Origin: Catajapyx aquilonaris
Lineage: Eukaryota
DNA: 40,796 bases
Assembly (NCBI GenBank): GCA_000934665.2
Contig: JYFJ02003554.1
Coordinates: 1-40,796, forward strand
Direction: 5' to 3'
Shown one piece after another: positions 35,419 to 40,796 of this stretch (position 1 is the stretch's first letter; the number at the start of each line of letters is the position of its first letter). The notes under the pieces are model-generated. The model saw only the letters and a list, made by a program, of their open reading frames with translations. It ran no database searches and was not told the origin of the DNA. Position numbers and translations under genes: made by a program.

Positions 35419-38400
35419 TTACACAGGTGATTGGCTTGGCTCTTGAGCCTCAAAAGTCATCTTGATTGCCTGTAAAAAAAAATAATCACATTATTCAAGA
35501 GAAACAGTGCACATGATATAGGTGTATTGTGAAATCCTTTTGTTACATGGTATTCTTACATTAGAACACTAGCATTAGCAACACATGGCCTCATACAGGC
35601 AGTATCACTAGGGTCAGAACAATTTGATTGCCTCTGAATACCAAAGGGTCATTGCATTAAAATTTGTGGAAGCAAGTGACACAGAAGTAACATTCACAAC
35701 CTTGGATAGGTACGTACCTGGTTCAATCCTAAACTCATGATTCTCTCTATCTCATTCACATGGACTGAGGGTCCCAGGCTTTGTCTCAAGAAACTCAGGG
35801 GAACACGAATTATAATAATTATGATCATCAGTTCTGACACTGCCTTGAACTTGCACTGCCCCTTTCAAAAATGTTTCTTCTCTGGTAAATATCCACACAT
35901 GTTATTATACAGGGTGCTTCAACTTTAAGGGAACCACTTGTTTCATTTCATGGCTGTTATTAAAACTGCAGTTATAATACACCAAAACTGGTAGCATCAG
36001 TACTAATGTATTGCACAGTACAGTATACAAGGGGAGCACATAAAGTTCGTACCTTGGGTTGAAGAAAAAGGGAGAAACATTTCAAATTGCACACATACAC
36101 ATATTAGTCCCTCTCTATACAGTGTGAATGTAAACACGTGGACAATCACCAGGTAGACTGATAGTACTTGTAATACTAATATAGGGATGTGCAATTAGTT
36201 TTGGGCGCCATTGCATAGTTAATGCATACGGCACTGTTAAAGTTTCGTGACTTCGTATCCATTCCGCCAGCTTCAATGAAGCAAAAGTCAGCTCGAGGGC
36301 TTCCGAACAATCCGGCCTTGGGTCCGTAACACATTGTCCATGTGCAATAGGTGCTCAAATCCCATCAGAGTAAGAATCCGGGTACAACACCTGTACACTT
36401 TGTAGTTTTTACCTAATATTTTACCATTCGGCCCTCTACACTTGAAAGGAGCCGTACGCATTACCTACGCAACGGCGCCCAAAACTAATTGCACATCCCT
36501 ACATTAGTTTTGCGAGTACTATCAGTCTACCTGGCTATTGTCCGCGAGTTTCTCTTTACCCTGTATATGAACCCTGCAGAGCCACACATTTTTCCCAGCT
36601 ATGTAGGACCTGTCAGACATCATCATTGTGGAAGTCAACACTCTGCTTGAAAAATGTTTTCAACCTCTGTTGTCCGTGGTGGGGGGCACTTGGTCTCTGT
36701 CCCATGAAGACAGACCCTGCCAGTAGAGAACTGCCGCCCACATAGCTTAGGGGTCATGGGAGAAACACAATGAATGTGTCTGACATGTTGTACAATGCTG
36801 GGAAAAATGTGTGGTTCTGCAGGGCTCATATGTAGAGAAGGACTAATACTCGTACATGTGTGCAATTTGAACAGTTTCTCTTTTCCTTCAAGGTGATGGT
36901 ATTAACTTTATGAACACCCCTCATATGCTATACAGGCTAATTTCCTAATTCGATAAACTTAAACAGCAAATGCACATAATTTAAGGTAAATAACAAGATT
37001 ACATGCCCTAAAATCCTAAATAATAAGTAAAAACATAAAAACAATAAATAAAATACATATATAGGCCCTACTGTATAATAAAATGAAGATTGCAATTACT
37101 GTACAAGTGAGGAGTGGTCCCATGTGACTGGTGGAGAGGAAGGTTCCTGTTTGGAAGGGGGTCACTTTCCATTATACATAACCAAACACACCAAAAAATA
37201 TAGCGATAAGAGCACTTAAAACACAAGCGTAATGCACGAGAATGTTTCACAGCTCGAGTGAGAGATGACTTGGGTGCACAACAGATGGTGATTTGCAGCG
37301 AGTGCATTTTTCCATTGTTCACGCAATTCAAACTTTGAAGCATTGTTCGAACTTGGATCAAATTTCTCTTGAATTTGGTGTTTGAACTCTGAAACATTCG
37401 AAGTTAGGGGCATTTGAAGTATGTTCCACTGTAATTGCAATTTTAACTGCCACATACACTAGTTACTTTATCATCAGTGCAACCAGTTTCATAGTGGTAA
37501 AAATGCATGCACAAGATACAAAGTTTCCGCACGATAGGAAATGGCAGTGGCAATTTCTGAACCTGGGCTCAGCTACAGTCCACAGTCCAAGAGGGGCAAG
37601 GGCAGAAGGCATGAAATGTTGACCCACAGCAACCAGTTAATTAACCCTGTAATGCCCCTTGGGTCATATCTGGCACACCATTTAGAGCAATTTGGCACTT
37701 ACAGGAAATATAAAAATTGCACTAAGTTGTGTGCCAGATATGACCCAGTGGGCATTACAGGGTTAAAGAGAAGCAAACCCTCGGAAGCTTCTAAGTTGCT
37801 GAAACTACAACAGGTTGTAGCATTAAGTAAGCAATATTTAAGTAGCCTAAGCACACAATTTTTTAGAAAAACCACAATAAAAACAAGTACATCTCTCTTC
37901 AAGTTGCTCAACCAGCACCTATGACAACTTCAAAACCCTTCATGGACAAGAAAAATGAATGTTACGAATTGCAAAACCACTTTGGGTAACACAGGATTAT
38001 GGTTAAGGGCTCGTTCTTATCAACTCCTATCTCCCGCACCAACAATTTTCACATTCACAATGAGTGCAGATGGTTTCCTATTCCACTTTGTGAAGAGGTA
38101 AGAAGAGAGGGAAGAAAAAGGGGTGAGAGGCAGGAGGGAAGGCAGACCCTGGCTGTTCTTTTAGGTATATTACAAAAAAAAGCTCCTTGAATTTACGTAT
38201 AGACACTTCTGAATATCAGTGTGCCCCGGGCGGCACGGTGGTGTAGTGGTTAGCGCCGCAGCCTTCCACCTCTGAGGTCCCAAGTTTGATCCCCGGGTTG
38301 GACAGTGGATACTTATGTGGAAATAGTTTGGTTGGTTTTCTCCGTGTTCATGTGGATTTTCTCGAGGCTCTCCCATTTCCTCCCACTATCAAAACCCATC

Positions 38401-39163
38401 GGAGTACAGGCAAATGATTAAAGTCTGGTATTTAAAAGATGATCCCCTAAAAGGCCCAAGAAGGCCTATCATGGGGTATCCATCATTAATATCAGTCTGC
38501 CCCATGTTACCCCAATCCCGCAACAACACAACACCCAAGTGCTTTAAATACTGCAGACATAACTGGTAATCATGCAGGTCCCAGTGGATATACTGGGGGT
38601 GTCCTTAATTTACCCCCGAGACCACTATTGTAATAAAAACCTCAATACATTACCTTCTGCAGAGCTGCCAACCATAGCATTGACTGCTTCCTGTTAGGTT
38701 CTGCTGCAGGAAGAAGTTTCAGATCTTGCCTTTCGCGATCAGCGTCCAGATAATGCAGATCCATACCACCTGAAACATAGCCAACAATCAAAAACTGTCT
38801 GTAAACTTACCACCTATCATTTTTCATCTACCTGGAAATTCTTCCCACTGTTCATCTTCATGGAGACAAATACAAATAATGAATAACTTGAAGCTACATT
38901 AAATGTGATGAATTTTACCTTGCAAATCATCTTCATTAGGGACAACTCGCACGGAGAGAATGCGACTCAAGTCAACAGGGACATGGGTTGCAGGTGCTTG
39001 TCCATCGAAGAGGATATGTCTGGAAAATTTTCATCAAATTGTGTTTGGGCAGTTAGGAGGCATTGCTTTTCAGCACACCTGTGATCTGAGGAGAGCTTGC
39101 AGTGAAAGAGAGCAGTCTCAGTGTTTCCCTCTGAGAGACCAGACTGCATCAGAAACAGAGCAC
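35419..39163 (-). CDS. ZFYVE21: Zinc finger FYVE domain-containing protein 21 homologue, C-terminal PH-like domain; last exons 39163-39079, 39019-38919, 38769-38654, 35469-35419 (5' FYVE exons not found, probably outside the window)
   Basis: Spliced: GALFLMQSGLSEGNTETALFHCKLSSDHRHILFDGQAPATHVPVDLSRILSVRVVPNEDDLQGGMDLHYLDADRERQDLKLLPAAEPNRKQSMLWLAALQKAIKMTFEAQEPSQSPV*. It aligns with remembered human ZFYVE21 segments GATFL, CRLSNNQRYLFLDG, GMFLQY, QLKL and [24 protein letters not shown]. All introns are GT-AG and phases are consistent. Confidence 0.9.
36010..36935. mobile_element. Inverted-repeat element interrupted in its left arm by the 36120-36563 MITE
   Basis: 36565-36620 pairs with 36775-36831. 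Pairing resumes between 36010-36118 and 36832-36935 (TTCAAATTGCACACAT vs ATGTGTGCAATTTGAA; ATTAGTCCCT vs AGGGACTAAT). Ends are approximate. Confidence 0.78.
36120..36563. mobile_element. Tc1/mariner-type MITE, copy 2 (inverted relative to 29251-29691)
   Basis: Shares the TIR block CCAGGTAGACTGATAGTACT...ACTAATATAGGGATGTGCAATTAGTTTT and the internal sequence with copy 1. TA on both sides. Confidence 0.9.
37645..37762. mobile_element. 118-bp palindromic piggyBac-like MITE
   Basis: TTAA-CCCTGTAATGCCCCTTGGGTCATATCTGGCACAC...GTGTGCCAGATATGACCCAGTGGGCATTACAGGG-TTAA. Confidence 0.85.
38228..38487 (+). mobile_element. tRNA-derived SINE with V-SINE-like central domain
   Basis: Head GGGCGGCACGGTGGTGTAGTGGTTAGC (box A) ... 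AGTTTGATCCCCG (box B). Core TTCTCCGTGTTCATGTGGATTTTCTCGAGGCTCTCCCATTTCCTCCCAC. 16-bp TSD AATATCAGT(G/C)TGCCCC at 38212-38227 and 38488-38503. Confidence 0.9.
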
Positions 39164-39390
39164 CTGTAAAATAACAGAACAAAAAATTCTTTCGAGAACA
39201 ATGGCAGGTGTCAACAAGACAACAACTACGAACATTTCACCTTTGCATAAAAATGCTATTAAAACAAAAAAATACTACGGGATCATTCCATATCCTCAAG
39301 GTGGGTGAATTTGCACAGTAAACCATGACTTCAAAATAATGTTCATAAAGTTTTCAATAAAAAAACACCATAGCATAAAGGAAGAAAATA

Positions 39391-39600
39391 CGGGGCGTCT
39401 CAACTTTTTTGTCCAAACAGTTATCGGAAAAGCCTATGTATCTTCTAGCTATGTAGCCAGAATATGCCCCAACATTCCTGGCACATCCCTCAACTGATAA
39501 AGCCAGGGCAGCATCACTGGTTGCAAGTCACTGCTAAAAAATAAGCAGCTTAGTGCAATATTTCCAATAATTGTTCGGACAAAAAAGTTGAGACACCCTG
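39391..39600. mobile_element. Tc1/mariner-type MITE (210 bp, ~40-bp TIRs, TA TSD)
   Basis: ta-CGGGGCGTCTCAACTTTTTTGTCCAAACAGTTATCGGAAA...TTTCCAATAATTGTTCGGACAAAAAAGTTGAGACACCCTG-ta. Confidence 0.85.
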
Positions 39601-39617
39601 TATACATACTTGTTCCA

Positions 39618-39665
39618 AGTCAGTCAGTCAGTCAGTCAGTCAGTCAGTCAGTCAGTCAGTCAGTC

Positions 39666-39700
<35 letters not shown>
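39618..39700. repeat. Compound microsatellite (GTCA)n(TC)n
   Basis: Read directly. It explains the SQSV/SL repeats in ORF 39588-40067. Confidence 0.95.
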
Positions 39701-39702
<2 letters not shown>

Positions 39703-39964
39703 GATCTGGGTCAGGTCTGGATCAGGGTGCAACAAGCTACACAAAAAGAACACCTTTGAGCAAAATTTCCTACAGTATAACTAAAGTGACCCACATACTT
39801 GGAACACCCTGCATATGCCATCAACTCTACAGTCATGAGCATCTCAAGAGCAAGAGGAAAATGCATAGGAATGCCAAGCAAAATGAAAATGTGAATGAAA
39901 ACGGGAAGAAAAGACTCGTCTTTGAGTGTAGTAACCATTTTCTTTGGTCTGAGCAAGATGCCAC

Positions 39965-40066
39965 ATCGAAGCTGCTTAGCGCTGTCGATTTAGCGAAGTC
40001 AAAGTCTTCAGTTAGCGGATTAGCTGTTAGCGAAGCTAATTTTTCAGTTCACTGTGCCCACCACTG
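39965..40066. mobile_element. Possible single end of a hAT-like element
   Basis: Reiterated TTAGCG(AAG) motifs ending in GTGCCCACCACTG (CAGTGGTGGGCAC on the minus strand). Partner end not found. Confidence 0.4.
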
Positions 40067-40308
40067 ATTAGTACTATTATTATTAACACTTATACCTAGC
40101 ATGTCACTACTGGGTATGACAGTTGAAATCTTGTGTTATGCACTGTTAAGCCCTCGTCAGTAAATGCAAGAGGCAAGACAATTACTGGGCAGGAGCCTGG
40201 ATGCCTTCCCAAACACAGACCTATTGCTATTCAATATCATTTCAGGCTGAATATGATCATTTGTTGAGTTGATAAATATCCGTGCAATTCCACACAAGTT
40301 ACCATCTA

Positions 40309-40796
40309 CGAGGGGCGGTCATAAAGTTCTTACAATCACCGAGAAAGAAGAGAGTCACGGGCTAGTGCAGCTATTGTGTGGTAGGTCCTTTTCCACATAT
40401 GCGCCATGCAAGGTAACACACTTCTCCCATTGATGGATGACCCGTGGGAGACCTTCGTTGAAGAAGCCTCCATTTGGCTGCTGAGGAACTGTTCCACCGC
40501 ATTGATGACCTCCCCATCGTTCTGGAAGTGGCGTCCACGCAGCGAATTCTTCAGCCATGGGAAGAGGAAGAAGTCACTAGGCGCTAGGTCGGCTGAGTTG
40601 GATAGATGAGTCAGTATTTCATACCCAAGACTGCCCGAAAGCATCACAGTCTTCTGCGTCAAATGAGCCACGCATTGCCATGCAGCAACAGAACATCTCT
40701 GGACACTTTGCCGTGCCTCTGGGCCTTGATGGTGTCTCACAGTTTTTTAAGCAGGTCCCTGCAGTATGCCCTTGTGATTGTGTGGCCCTTCCGGGC
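40309..40796 (-). mobile_element. Decayed mariner transposon: transposase C-terminus plus TIR (continues beyond the window)
   Basis: HLSNSADLAPSDFFLFPWLKNSLRGRHF (degenerate HPPYSPDLAPSD motif), a frameshifted WEKCVTLHGAYVEK and an upstream GHTITRAYCRDLLKKL*. Terminus ta-CGAGGGGCGGTCATAAAG at 40307. It contains stops and frameshifts. Confidence 0.92.

Noticed and set aside
38228..38300. Functional tRNA gene (also 635-710 on the minus strand)
   Set aside because: A/B boxes are present but no complete cloverleaf is evident. Both continue into SINE bodies, and one has a TSD.
5097..39163. Functional gene cluster linking SLC17 transporters, CNRIP1 and ZFYVE21 (vesicular or neuronal module)
   Set aside because: Adjacency in a metazoan genome is not evidence of shared function. 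It would need conserved synteny and co-expression, which the sequence cannot show.
38967..39182. Stand-alone 71-aa protein from the ORF track
   Set aside because: It is a ZFYVE21 exon read through a 59-nt intron.
39588..40067. 159-aa ORF
   Set aside because: It is assembled from a MITE end, microsatellites and transposon fragments.

Overview
Eukaryotic (metazoan, probably invertebrate) genomic DNA with spliceosomal introns, many of them only about 60 nt. Four protein-coding genes can be reconstructed by hand. Two are tandem minus-strand SLC17/sialin-like MFS anion transporter paralogues (5097-8373 with a tentative first exon at 10249-10270; 15544-18219). The third is a complete three-exon plus-strand CNRIP1 (CRIP1a) homologue (24148-28310) that the ORF track misses. 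The fourth is the last four coding exons of a convergent minus-strand ZFYVE21 homologue (35419-39163). The rest is rich in non-autonomous transposons: two tRNA-derived SINEs, a TSD-flanked LINE-like 3' end, Tc1/mariner-, piggyBac- and Sola-like MITEs, large nested fold-back elements and a decayed mariner transposase. I cannot support a wholly new biological system. The best leads are two apparently obligatory GC-AG introns, SLC17 paralogues that lack the sialin proton-coupling residues and differ at the substrate site, a double perfect hairpin at 2329-2549, and a dense nest of long inverted repeats between the converging CNRIP1 and ZFYVE21 3' ends. All homology calls come from remembered family motifs, not from database searches.
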